DNA of 57,278 nucleotides, counting the filler, from Sphacelaria rigidula (Eukaryota), in the NCBI GenBank assembly GCA_964200075.2. It is 8 parts of 8 records of this genome, joined end to end, with 100 filler letters (N's around TTAATTAATTAA, not from the genome) between each part and the next. Parts side by side here need not be neighbours in the genome. Positions count along the whole stretch, not along the records: positions 1 to 7,073 come from CAXNAA020016631.1; positions 7,174 to 14,246 come from CAXNAA020016632.1; 6 more parts are not named here. One strand, given 5' to 3'. A model generated the notes under the pieces. That model was not told the DNA's origin. It worked only from the letters and a program-made list of their open reading frames with translations, and ran no database searches. The translations under genes were made by a program, and so were the position numbers. This document shows positions 1 to 11,663 of the stretch, piece by piece (within the stretch, counting starts at the first letter, position 1; each line of letters begins with the position of its first letter).

Positions 1-2796
1 AACCGACAAGACAAATGAACAACAAAACTCAAACATAAAGGGCGGCGGGGGGGGCGGGGGGGGTACGGCGACGGGCGAGGGGTCGAGTACTTGTCGGACG
101 CTTGCTCCTGTCGTCTTTCGATCTTGTATAGCTGCTGGCCTCGACCGCGCGCGACTGTGCTGTGGATGCGTGGGAGCAGTCGGCGGCGTGACCGGCGCCA
201 CAGACGGGGGACATATTTCGGGTGATTGCCCAACAAACCGAAAAAGCAGAAAACAATAAAACTTCAACAAAAAGGGCGGAAGGGGGGAGCGCGTACGGCG
301 ACTGCAAGGAAACGACTGCTTGTTGGACGCTCGCTCCTGTTGTCGTATGACATCGTATAGCCGCTGGCCTCGACCGCGCGCGACCGTGCTGTGGATGCGT
401 GGGAGCAGTCGGCGGCGTGACGGACGCGCAGACGGGGGACATATTCCGGGTGACTGCCCGACAAACCAAAAAGACAAATGAACAACAAAACTCGAACATA
501 AAGGGCGGCGGGGCGGGCGGAGCGGGTACAACGACGGGCGAGGGGGCGACTTCTTGTTGGACGCTTGCTTCTGCCGTCTTTCGATCTTGTGTAGCTGCTG
601 GCCTCGACCTCGCGCAATCGTGCTGTGGATGCGTGGGAGCAGTAGGCGGCGTGACCGGCGCCACAGACGGGGGACATATTCCGGGTGATTGCCCAACAAA
701 GCGGAAAAGCAGAAATCAACAAAACTACAACAAAAAGGGCGGAAGGGGGAAGCGCGTACGGCGACGGCAAGGGAACGACTGCTTGTTGGACGCTCGCTCC
801 TGTTGTCGTATGACATTGTATAGCCGCTGGCCTCGACCGCGCGCGACCGTGCTGTGGATGCGTGGGAGCAGTCGGCGGCGTGCCGGGAGCACAGACGGGG
901 GACATATTCCGGGTGACTGCCCAACAAACCGGAAAGACAAATGAACAACAAAACTCGAACAAAGAGGGCGGCGGGGCGGGCGGAGCGGGTACGGCGACGG
1001 GCGAGGAGTCGAGTACTTGTCGGACGCTTGCTCCTGTCGTTCTTTGATATTGTGTAGCTGCTGGCCTCGACCGCGCGCGACTGTGCTGTGGATGCGTGGG
1101 AGCAGTCGGCGGCGTGCCAGGCGCCACAGACGGGGGACATAATCCGGGTGATTGCCCGACAAACCGAAACTAGAACGAATGGGGCAGGCGGGGGAAGCGG
1201 GTACGACGGCGGGCGAGGAGGCGACTACTTGTTGGACGGTTGCTCCTGTCGTTTTTTTATCTTGTGTAGCTGCTGGCCTCGACCGCGCGCGACCGTGCTG
1301 TGGATGCGTGGGAGCAGTAGGCGGCGTGCCGGGCGCCGCAGACGGGGGACATAATCCGGGTGATTGCCCAACAAACCGAAAAAGCAGAAAACGACAAAAC
1401 TACAACAAATAGGGCAGGCGGGGGAAGCGGGTACGACGACGGGCGAGGGGGCAACTACTTGTTGGACGCTTGCTCCTGTCGTCTTCTGATTTTGTATAGC
1501 CGCTGGCCTCGACCGCGCGGGACCGTGCTGTGGATGCGTGGGAGCAGTCGGCGTCGTGACGGGCGCCACACACGGGGGACATAATTCGGGTGATTGTACA
1601 ACAAACCGAAAATGCAGAAGACAACAAAACTCGAACAAATAGGGCAGGCGGGGGAAGCGGGTACGACGACGGGCGAGGGGGTGAGTACTTGTTGGACGCT
1701 TGCTCCTGCCGTCTTTTGATCTTGTATAGCTGCTGACCCCGACCGCACGGGACCGTGCTGTGGATGCGTGGAAGAAGTCGGCGGCGTGCCGGGCGCCGCA
1801 GACGGGGGACATATTCCTGATGATTGCCCAACAAACCGAAAAAGCAGGAAACAACAAAACTAGAACAAATAGGGCAGGCGGGGGAAGCGGGTACGACGAC
1901 GGGCGAGGAGGCGACTACTTGTTGGACGCTTGCTCCTGTCGTCTTCTGACCTTGTATAGCTGCTGGCCTCGACCGCGCGGGACCGTGCTGTGGATGCGTG
2001 AGAGCAGTAGGCGGCGTGACGGTCGTCGCAGACAGGGGACATAATCCGGGTGATTGCCCAACAAACGGAAAAAGCAGAAAACAACAAAACTCGAACAAAG
2101 GGCGGCGGGGCGAACGAAACGGGCACAACGACGGGCGAGGGTGCGACTGCTTGTTGAACGCTTGCTCCTGTCGTCTGTTGATCTTGTATAGCTGCTGGCC
2201 TCGACCGCGCGCGACCGTGCTGTGGATGCGTGGAAGAAGTCGGCGGCGTACCGGGCGCCGCAGACGGGGGACATATTCCGGATGATTGCCCAACAAACCG
2301 AAAAGACAAGAAAACAACAAAAGTCGTACAAGAAGGGCGACCAGGGGAACGCGTACGGCGACGGGCTAGAGAGTGGCTACTTGTTGGACGCTTGCTCCTG
2401 TCGTCTTTTGATATTGTATAGCTGTTGCCCTCGACCGCGCGCGACCGTGCTGTGGATGCGTGGGAGCAGTCGGCGGCGTGACGGGCGCCAACGACGCGAG
2501 ACATAATCCGGGTGATTGCCCAACAAACGGAAACGACAAATATACAACAAAACTCGAACAAAAAGAGCGAACGGAAGGAGCGGGTACGGCGACGGGCGAG
2601 GGGGCGACTTCTTGTTGGACGCTTGCTCCTGTCGTCTTATGATATTGTATAGCCGCTGGCCTCGACAGCGCGCGACCGTGCTGTGGATGCGTGGGAGCAG
2701 TCGGCGGCGTGACCGGCGCCACAGACGGGGGACATATTCCGGGTGATTGCCCAACAAACCAAAAAGACAAAAGACGACAACGAAACTCGAACAAAG
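1..2796. repeat. Tandem satellite array, ~12 units of ~230 bp, running off the contig start
   Basis: Anchor TGTGGATGCGTG recurs at 161, 390, 624, 853, 1087, 1299, 1529, 1759, 1989, 2221, 2451 and 2682 (spacings 229, 234, 229, 234, 212, 230, 230, 230, 232, 230, 231). The array stops abruptly at about 2796. Confidence 0.95.
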
Positions 2797-5700
2797 ATGG
2801 GATGAGCGCGTGTAGTGACCCTCATCATGGGACAACGGCCACGAAAAGTCATGCAGCGACGTCATGATTCCGGGCAAGATGATGTCTTGTTCTTCCTGGA
2901 AATGATCCGAACAGCGAGCATACCAACAAGTATGTGACCAAGATGGCGATGACAATCTTACTCGGGGCGTTGTTCGTCGTAGTGAAGTGAACTGGCTTCC
3001 TTGAAGCTGGTGCAATGATGGACGGCCGGGGAGAAATGGAGGCCGATTGGGAGATATCCTCAGACGGTTTTAGCGGCATGAAAAGAGATAGTTGAACGCA
3101 GAGGGCCGCCAGAGGTGGCGACGAGAATAGTGATCGGGGATGTTGTTGCTGGAAAATACGATGTCAACACAGGTGAGCATGTAGAGCGTGTTTTTTCATG
3201 TGCCTTTTCCTCTGGTGCTCTCAGCTGTTCGTGAGTTTCCCATTTTGTGACCTGCTTTGTGATCATTGGCCAGAGCGCTCTTCGGATGCACGAATAATCA
3301 CGACAAACCAGTCGCATGCTTTGGGCTGCTTTTCAGAAAAATCATGTGCTTTGAACAAGTCAAGTGGTGACGGCGGCGAGCAGGTTTGAATCGCGGTTCA
3401 TAGCCTGATCTTGTGCTCTACCTTGTGGCACTCTCGGAACGGTATTCTCCTGTGCTTGAATTGGCGTCATGTTTGTGTTTTATGTTTACATAGAAGGCGG
3501 TCGTCCGGGGCAATACGATTAGTACAGCTACCGATGTTAGAGTACATTCGTCGGCAATACTACCCCGACCCTGGTGAAACAGCGACCGGCGGTAGTTGGG
3601 TGATGACGTGAAGGTACCGAAGACGGCGTTGTCGGTGCAGTCCGCCCCACCGATTCCAGCATAGGCGCCGCATAAGCTCTTCTTTGTTTGACGTGAGACC
3701 TCTGGATCCCCCTCTACCCCCTGGTTTGGCGTCGCGAAGGGCATTCATACAAGAGGTGCGGATCAGTGCGATCGCAGCTTTGGTCGGCGACTGTGACCAG
3801 ACGTTCGGCTTCATCGGCCTACAACTAGCAGCGGAGTCGGGCGTCAGAAGGGAAGAGTCGGGGGCAGTTTCACAGCGACAATGCGTGTGGATTTGTCGGG
3901 ATGTCGATATTCCAGGTACAACCAATTTCATTGTGTGCTTGATTTTGGTGTCTGGCGGGCTTCATGAGATGGCGGGCGCGGGGGGCGTGCATTTTTGGGG
4001 CGAGACAGATGAGCGAGTGAGCCCGTGAGCAAGCCCTTTGCTGCCGTCATGCTGCACGTTATGTTTACCCTCATTCTGTGTTTGGGGCGTTACCGCGCCA
4101 ACTGATTTCTTTGAAAAATTCGTTGGTGAGTGGTGGTGCGTGGGAAACAGCATGGAGACAACAGGATGCCACGTGATACTAGTAGCAACGGCAAGAGAAC
4201 ACCATCCCCATGCTTCGCACTGCACCTTCGTGCTGCCCATGTAATTGATTTCCTGTCGTGCGGCACCACGATTTTTTACTGCCCCCCCTCCCCCTTGCTC
4301 TCTCCAACCACCCGCCCATAACCACCCGCCCATCCTCTTCCTCTGGGTAAGCACACCTCGTCTTTTGCTGTTTGCAATTCCTCGATTCTTCTCAGTGTGC
4401 TGTCCACAGCGCCATGCTGCTGGTCAAGATTGGTAGGAGCAGGAAAAACGCCAATCGATGGGTCAGGTGGAAACACATATGGTTGGTGGACACACAAGGT
4501 GATCGTGCGTGATGGCATGCACATGGTCTTGTCTTCGCGCTTGGGAATTGGTTAGTAGAGTATTCTTATGGAACTTCTTTGACTAAGATAGTGCTTGCGC
4601 TGTAGATGTCGTATCCTCCGCTTTCTGCTTCGCACGACTATTGACCCGTTCGTCCGGCCTCGCGAGATACCGTGAGTTCGGCAGTGGGGGGGCAGAAGGG
4701 AACAAAAACGTGCTTTGTGTTTGTTCGATGTTTTGAAAGTCGGCAGCGCACTTGTTGCACGTGCCCTCACGCACCCGCTCATTCCTGATATATTCTCTGA
4801 CGATCACGCCTCCTCTTTTGCTGATTGCTTGTTTATGTTCCGCGTCCTACTACAGCGCTGTCGTGCTGGATACAGTCAGTAGGGAGGACGTCATTCGGGT
4901 GTACTTCTGGTGGTGAACAAGTGTAAGTACTTGTGATTTTTCCGCACGCAATTGGCCTTTGGTGTTTGTAGTTTGGTGGACGCGGAAGGCTTCGTTATCG
5001 CTATGGTGTTCCTCCAAACTCTATTATCCTACTCTGAGGCGATCGTATCCGTAGCGTGAGATACCACGTTCGGGAGGGGACGTTCCGCATCGCAAGTGAC
5101 TGGACTACGCCAGTCATGGCGCGCCGAGGAGAGTATTTTTTGTTTCCGTTTTCCTGGGCTGCTCAGCAACACGGCCAAGTCACGCACTTTGTTTAACCCA
5201 GATTGGGGCTTTTGTTGTTCCCGACGGTCGTCGTTTGCATGCTGTTGTTTGAACAACAAATACTTCACGCACAGGCGAGGACGATTTGTACCAGAACGAC
5301 GAACAGACGACACGGTGAAGCAGTGACCAACAACCGAGCGTTATACGCGTAGCGCACCATGAGACGCTGGAGGATGCGCGAGGGGGCGCGATACCTATGT
5401 GTTGGGGAAAATACGCTGACAAACGAATCTCCGCGGTCTTGAGAGTACAGTACACCGAATGTAGCACAAAGATGCGTGAATGTGGGGATCGAACCGCCAG
5501 ACCGACAGGAACAAGAAGCAAAAAGACCGCGGCGTAACACGACATTCCCTCCATCAACTAAAGTCGGGCCGGGAATGGAGAGTGTCGGTAGAAAGGCGAT
5601 CAGGTCACGTCTAGTAGAGAAAGCGGGGTACGTAACACGCCCCAAGAGTATGGTGTCTTTCCTACCTCTCGTCGATCCTGAAGACAGGACGCCCTGGTGG

Positions 5701-7073
5701 GTGCCGAGCGCAGCAGCGCCTTGGCTGCTTTATTGGGCGACAGCTTCGCAATGTCGTGTTGTCCGCCACCCTTTGGCGCCCTTATCGTTGACGTTGTCGA
5801 GAAGCGTTGGGCGGGGGTAACCATCTATGGAAGGGGTGAGGTGGATACCCCCCTTCCACCACGATGACTGTGTGTACGCGATGTCGGCGTAGGATGCAGC
5901 GCCTACTTCTCCGTAGTCAAGAAGAGAAGAGCGTTTCGGTCGGCTCTGTTGCTACTGCCCGTCCAAGACTAGCGTCGTGATTTACGACGACTCTATCACA
6001 TGCTTTCCCTTGTTTTTTTGACCGTGGGACCGATCTGGAAGCACCTGATCTGGGCGTCGGCCGATGTGCGATGTCTCAATCTCGCGGTGTCGATTTGCCG
6101 ACTACATTGGAAGTTCGAGTGTGGGCATTCCAATGGTATACCGGCCAACGACAACGTCGACCGTATGGAATATGGGAAGTGTGCGATCTGGGCACACACT
6201 GAACCCGAAATGGACAAACTTCGAGATATGACTAGGACGAGTATCGTGGCGATTTCTGCTGCCGCAGTTTACCTAGGATGAGAAGAAACGACTGCAACCC
6301 TAGATATGGGGAGATCTCTACATAGCTGGTTGCATTCATGAGCGGAGGAGAAAACAAGGATTGTGTGATGTTTGTCATGATCAATGATTCCGGACATTAT
6401 CTCAGCTTCATCGTGAGCTCTGATCGTTACGCTTTGTAACCGTGAGTCGAAGAAAATAGGGTGCCCCGCGGGAGGCCATTTCATTGACCTAGGGTATGGT
6501 GGCTGAGAGCGAAGTTTGTAGCTTTATCGTGGAGCGTGAGACCGGCTTTTTTTTGCTGGAAAGTCTGCGCTTGCGATGAAGTGGCCGTCGTATACACGCA
6601 ACTCGGGGGCTTTTGCAACAGCGGAACAGGCGTACGGGACCAGCAAAGAGTCATGATGCGATTGTGGGTGGGAGGAGGAGGAAGGGGGGATACCGGGGCG
6701 GGGCCACGGGCGATGCGCCGGTTACCGTAGTCTACAGGACACGGTAGTACCCGTAGCGATGGATTTCCGACACTTTCTACGATACACCCCTTCCCCAGAA
6801 AAACAGCTCCGTAGTGTCACGAAAAACATTATCATACAGCGCCTGATGTTTGGGTTCAGGCTGCATGAAACCACTCATGGGCAACATTAGCGAGAGCGAA
6901 CGCAAGCGTGGGAATCCCCAGCTGCTTGTTGTCTTCGGCTTTCTTCATTTCGATTTACGTGAAGAGTTTGCCTCCCGAAACTAGGCACTTTTGGGGGGGG
7001 GGGGGGGGGGCGTGGGGAAAGGGGGTTCCCTCCCCCGGTTTGTAAGTTTTATAACCACGCGCGGGGTAGGTAG

Positions 7074-7173
7074 NNNNNNNNNNNNNNNNNNNNNNNNNNN
7101 NNNNNNNNNNNNNNNNNTTAATTAATTAANNNNNNNNNNNNNNNNNNNNNNNNNNNNNNNNNNNNNNNNNNNN
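7074..7173. other. Artificial contig linker (N44-TTAATTAATTAA-N44)
   Basis: Six-frame stop cassette flanked by Ns, identical at all seven gaps. Confidence 0.97.
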
Positions 7174-7290
7174 GCTAAGTTGTTCGGCCCGAAGCGTACT
7201 ACTGATCATCTTGCATTTGGATGGCAGCCTACAATGAGTTGCTTTATTCTGTGGTATCGCCACTTCCAGAGACAGCCACAGCCGGGGGGG
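7174..7290 (-). mobile_element. Non-LTR retrotransposon fragment (family B)
   Basis: Reverse complement aligns with ~11365-11470 (GTGGCGATACC...TGCAAGAT...TTCGGGCCGAAC.A.CTTAGC). A G-run flanks it at about 7284-7290. Confidence 0.6.
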
Positions 7291-7542
7291 AGGACGGCGT
7301 TTACGCGACTCCACCGCGTTCCTTTCTTGCTAGGCAACGCTGGCGGAGTCGCGGGGCCGCTTCGTCCTCAGTTATCTAGTTTTAACTGATAGCTATAACT
7401 GGTTGTAATTTTCTGCAATCGGTTAAGTGGTCAGCCAAACCAGTTCACAACTCTAGAAATCTGAGGAAGAGCGGAAGTTCGAAACAGACGCCATGTTTGT
7501 CGTGACCGCCCGTGTGTACTAAAATCAGCACTTAAGCGATGT

Positions 7543-8110
7543 TATTCTCGCCGTGAATCATTTCCGAGCACATGTCTTTGCTTGCAGCAAGAAATCTCTG
7601 ACGGCTTCGCATCACGTTGCAAGCCATCAGCTGCTGCTTTTTGTTCTGTGCAGCTGTGCACAAAGAGCAATTTCGCGCTTGAAGAGCGAATGCTTTTTAC
7701 ACCCTTTGAGTTGCAGAGAGCGAAAATCACACTTGAAAGTCGGTTGTTTTCTTTCAAGTGGTTTGAGTGCGAAACCTTCGGCGTCGGCAGTGATTGCCCT
7801 TTTCGTGGTTGCGCTCACTTTCACCACCTGGTGACAGCAGCGATGTTATTTTTCGGGACTGACTCCCTGTACTGGGACTGCCATTCTCGCCGTGTTTTTG
7901 TTTCCGAGCAATTGTCTTTGCTTGCAGCAAGGAATATGTGACGACCTTGCACCACCTTGCACGCCGCCAGCCGCTGCTTTGTTCAGTGCCGCCGTGCACA
8001 AAGGGCAATTTCGCGTTGAAAAGAGCGAGTGCTCTGTACACCTGGAGTTGCAGACAGCAAAATCACAGATAACACTTGGCTGGGTTGTTTCTGATGGTTT
8101 CATCGTACAG
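7543..8110 (-). pseudogene. Degenerate tandem duplication (~340-bp period) of a Cys-rich coding module
   Basis: 7543 ATTCTCGCCGTG...TTTCCGAGCA..TGTCTTTGCTTGCAGCAAG is repeated at 7883. Minus-strand translations are KCDFRSLQLKGCKKHSLFKREIALC and ICDFAVCNSRCTEHSLFSTRNCPLC, with frameshifts and stops. Confidence 0.4.
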
Positions 8111-10960
8111 TCGTAAGCGTGAAAAGCGATTTCAGTTTTCGCGAGAACACTGGCTGGTCGAGCTGATGATTTTTCCCCTGATTGCCTATATAGCTTCCGA
8201 ACACAAGACGTCATTCGGGCCAACGTTTCACTGCTGTTGCTGTGGTGTGTGTGTGGGTGGCCACAGCTGCTGTTGTCCGTAATTTTGTGCGCTGATGTTC
8301 GCACGGGCGGTGAACGTGGTGTGGTAGATCATGCGGCGTGTGCTTTCCGGGTGCTACAGCAACAAACAAGAGCTACTTTCTTTCTACTACCCTTGCGCAT
8401 CAAGAGGAGCACTATCGCCGTAACAACAGCTTCCACAGATGATCACTGACCTCTCAAAAAGTGTACTACTTTATTGTACGTTACACATGGGCCGGGTCGT
8501 TATTTTGAGATGACGTGCGTACTTGTGATTGATATGATTGCCTCCTTAACAAGCCATTTTCCTTGTACTGTAGACAGGCATCCATGCCCACTTCCCCGGA
8601 ATATCGTACCCCACACCGGGTCTTCTTCACCGGCGTAGCAGTACGTGAACCCCCAAAACCGACACAATAAAATATTGAACCTTCTGCAATGCGTCGCAAA
8701 GTAATCATCTCGGAACGCACTTCAAGTCGTCAGTGACTGCTGGCTGTCAACTACGTACGGCAGACACGGAGAAACACTGTCGTCTTTCTCTACACAGTAC
8801 CGTTCACCTCGCCTTACAAAGTAGTCCTCTCCGCTCCATCCTCCTCCTGTTGCGGACCGTACTACCCGCACGACTTTCGTCCATCGTATGAAACGTTAGC
8901 CCACCCCGCAGAGCGACATCGATTATCGCACCTCCCCCACTACGTCGTATCCCGTCTCCCCCACCGTTGCTACTGATGAAACCCCACAAGCGCTAGCCTT
9001 ACCGTACATCCTTCATTATCCGGTCGACCTCATTCTGCCCCAGACCTCCCGTGCTCGCCACTGCAGACAGATCCCAACTCCGAGAAAGCAGGCGGGTTGT
9101 TCGCCCGGTGTACCCAGAGCGGTGGCGCCGTGCTCATTCGATGGAAACGCACTGCTTTCTCCGCACTCGCTTGCAGAAGCAACGACCGGGCCTTGTCCTA
9201 GAAATGAAAAATAAATCAGGGAAAGGGAAGATACTTGTGTGGGGTGAGAAGTTTCCCGCCAGCAGAGATGCGCCACTCAAACATGTTGGACGCATCATGC
9301 AGGATTCGATACCCGAGCAACAATACGTGATGCTGGTGGCGCCCACCCACCCTTCGCATTTGCCCTGCGTGCACATTCCGTGCGCCCCATTCGCCGCAAG
9401 AAGCACGCGACCGCCGTGGGTTGTTCTGCGCGCAGAGTATACATATTTTGGCAGCACAGCGGCCAGCCCTTCGCGTGTTGGAGGGGGAACGGAAGAGTTC
9501 CGCGATATTAGTTCAGGGCATATATTTGGTGCGCCATTACGTCGTGGTGGTCGTTATCACCTGCCGCATTGCTCCTTCTTGTACAGCTGAGGGCCTACAC
9601 GCTAACCGTACAAGGGATTGCATCGGGTGATCACAAAGTTGCACTTTGCGACAACGAGCTCCATGATCGTGCTTCTCAGCAATAGCATACAGTCCAAATG
9701 CAACGCAGCTGATGTGAGCGCGAGCGCGTCTGTTTCCTGCCCCCCCACCGCCATGTGAACAAATGACAGAGGGGGGTTACGGAGATGCTGCGGTTAAACT
9801 AGTGGCCACAGCAAAACGCTGCGTGTGTACGAAAGCTACTCATGTTATCAATGTTTTGTCCCCGTATTTCTTGTCACGGTTGTATTGGCGATGGGGATAA
9901 AGTTGCACAAAGATTCCTCCGTCTATCGAGTAACGGCTGAAAAAAAGACGGGAACGACCACTTGTAAGAAACACCATATGCGAGCCAGGGGCTAGAAACG
10001 CCGAAGAAGCTACAAGCGGATGAGCGACAGACAACTCAGTTGCTTACGCGCAAGCATCGACATCCGACTAGTGCATCTAGATCGCAGAAGTAGCCTTAGC
10101 CTAAGGCATGGCAGCACTGGGGACTTTGATAATCCCATCGAACGTTTCCGTCTTTGTCAGCGCACGGTGTTTCACACACTCAATGCACCCTTTCCACTGT
10201 TCGTGATCGACCGCATATATAGCAATATTTCATCAATCGCGGACCAGTGGTGGTGTTATCTGCTCGTGGAAGATCTATATCGGGCGGGGACAGCCACCTC
10301 CTACCGTCTACACCGTGAACGAAGGGGGTGCTCGTGATCTTTGCTGCGAATAGACCTTTGCAACGCAGGATGTTGTTCTATCGTAATCGACGCAAGTCTT
10401 CTGAGAATGAAGTCACCCGACTTGCAAACAGCACCCGGCGGACAACGCTTCTCCACGCGATCTGCTCAAGAAAACAACGTGAACGCTGCGAAGCGTGTTG
10501 TGATGTGGCAGACGTAGCCCTCGGGGTCCTTTTTCAGTTGATTTTCTGAATCTCTCGTCCCGAGTTTTCCTCTCTTTTTTTTGTGTCAATAGAAGTCGGA
10601 ATATTATAGTCGTGTCATTTCAACGGCGGATTATATGATGAAAAACCAAAACCAAAATCACGATCGTTGGCAATGAGACACGCACGCACCGACACGACCG
10701 ACCGGGGGTACCGTTCTCCTCCGATCTGACCCTTTATGTACCTGTCGACCTCTTGTTCTTTCGGCACGGAGATCTGATGGATGATACCACCTGCGATATA
10801 ATACTGCCATGCCATCTGATGGTATTCAATGTTCGCACCTTGTACTCTTGCGGACACCCTGGGACGTTGGCACACACGGCACTGAGTAGGATCTAACGCG
10901 GGTCAGTTCATCGCACTACATCCTGAGCAACACCGCACGCCGCCGCCGCCACCTCCCGCC

Positions 10961-11064
10961 GAGCCTGGCCCGACGAAAATCCGGCGTGCTCCGTCCCCTT
11001 TTGTAGTCCTGCGAGGTCAATGGTCATTAAACTACTGCATGCAAGATCATGAGTACCCCCCCCC
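10961..11064 (+). mobile_element. 5'-truncated LINE 3' end (family B) ending in GAGTAC-(C)n
   Basis: Matches 11540-11645 and the reverse complement of 14114-14163. Ends GTCAATGG...GCATGCAAGATCATGAGTACCCCCCCCC. Confidence 0.6.
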
Positions 11065-11364
11065 TGCCTGGTCCTGCCTGGTCCGGCGAAAACTCGGCGT
11101 GCTCCGTCCCGGCTTTGTAAGAAAGGAGCCCCTACTGGGTTGGCGTTGGTTGGCAACGACGCTGTAGAACACGCCACTCACTGCGTAAGCTAGGCGAGCA
11201 GTTTACCATTGGTTTTTTGCGCGCTTGCGTTCGTTTTGCGGTAATCACGATGGTGGTAGAGCTAGACCATATTATGCGGGGTAAGAGAACCTCGATTCCG
11301 CGCAAAGGGGATGATCATGCTACGTAATGTTCACATGGTGAGACACCCATGAGGCGGTGTGCAA

Positions 11365-11663
11365 CCCGTGGCTATCCGTGGTAGTGGCGATACCGGAAAA
11401 TGAAGTAACTTATTCGAGGCTGTCATCCACATGCAAGATAATCGGTAGTTTCGGGCCGAACCATCTTAGCAGGATGCAGCTCACCCTTTCTGCGACTCGC
11501 CAAACACACCACGGCGCTCCGCGCTTGGTGACTGATTGCGAGCCTGGTCCTGCGAAAATCCGGCGTGCTGCGTCCCGGCTTTGTAGGGACGCGGGGTCAA
11601 TGGTGATATTATTGCGGCATGCAAGATGATTATGAGTACACCCCCGCCCCCCCCGCCCCCCCC
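11365..11663 (+). mobile_element. LINE 3' portion (family B) ending in GAGTACA-C tract
   Basis: Shares its 5' part with 7174-7290 (reverse) and its 3' part with 10961-11064. Ends in CCCCCGCCCCCCCCGCCCCCCCC. Confidence 0.6.

Noticed and set aside
29..2794. Many long overlapping ORFs in the satellite
   Set aside because: Unit lengths vary and are mostly not multiples of 3, so frames shift between units. The ORFs reflect GC-rich, stop-poor repeats.
1..2796. CRISPR-like array or hammerhead-ribozyme satellite
   Set aside because: The whole unit is repeated with no unique spacers and no cas-like gene. I found no conserved CTGANGA...GAAA core on either strand.
6000..6281. RNase H-like motif LHWKFECGHSNGIPANDNVDRM on the + strand
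   Set aside because: The upstream catalytic motifs (TDGS, AEL, TDS) are absent and other coding-like signal nearby is on the minus strand. Probably chance.
7118..7129. TTAATTAATTAA as a biological motif or piggyBac site
   Set aside because: It is identical in all seven gaps and embedded in Ns, so it is a synthetic spacer.
10140..10240. AIYAVDHEQWKGCIECVKH (minus strand) resembling a Tc1 transposase C-terminal helix
   Set aside because: No NPIE-W or DDE motif precedes it in that orientation.
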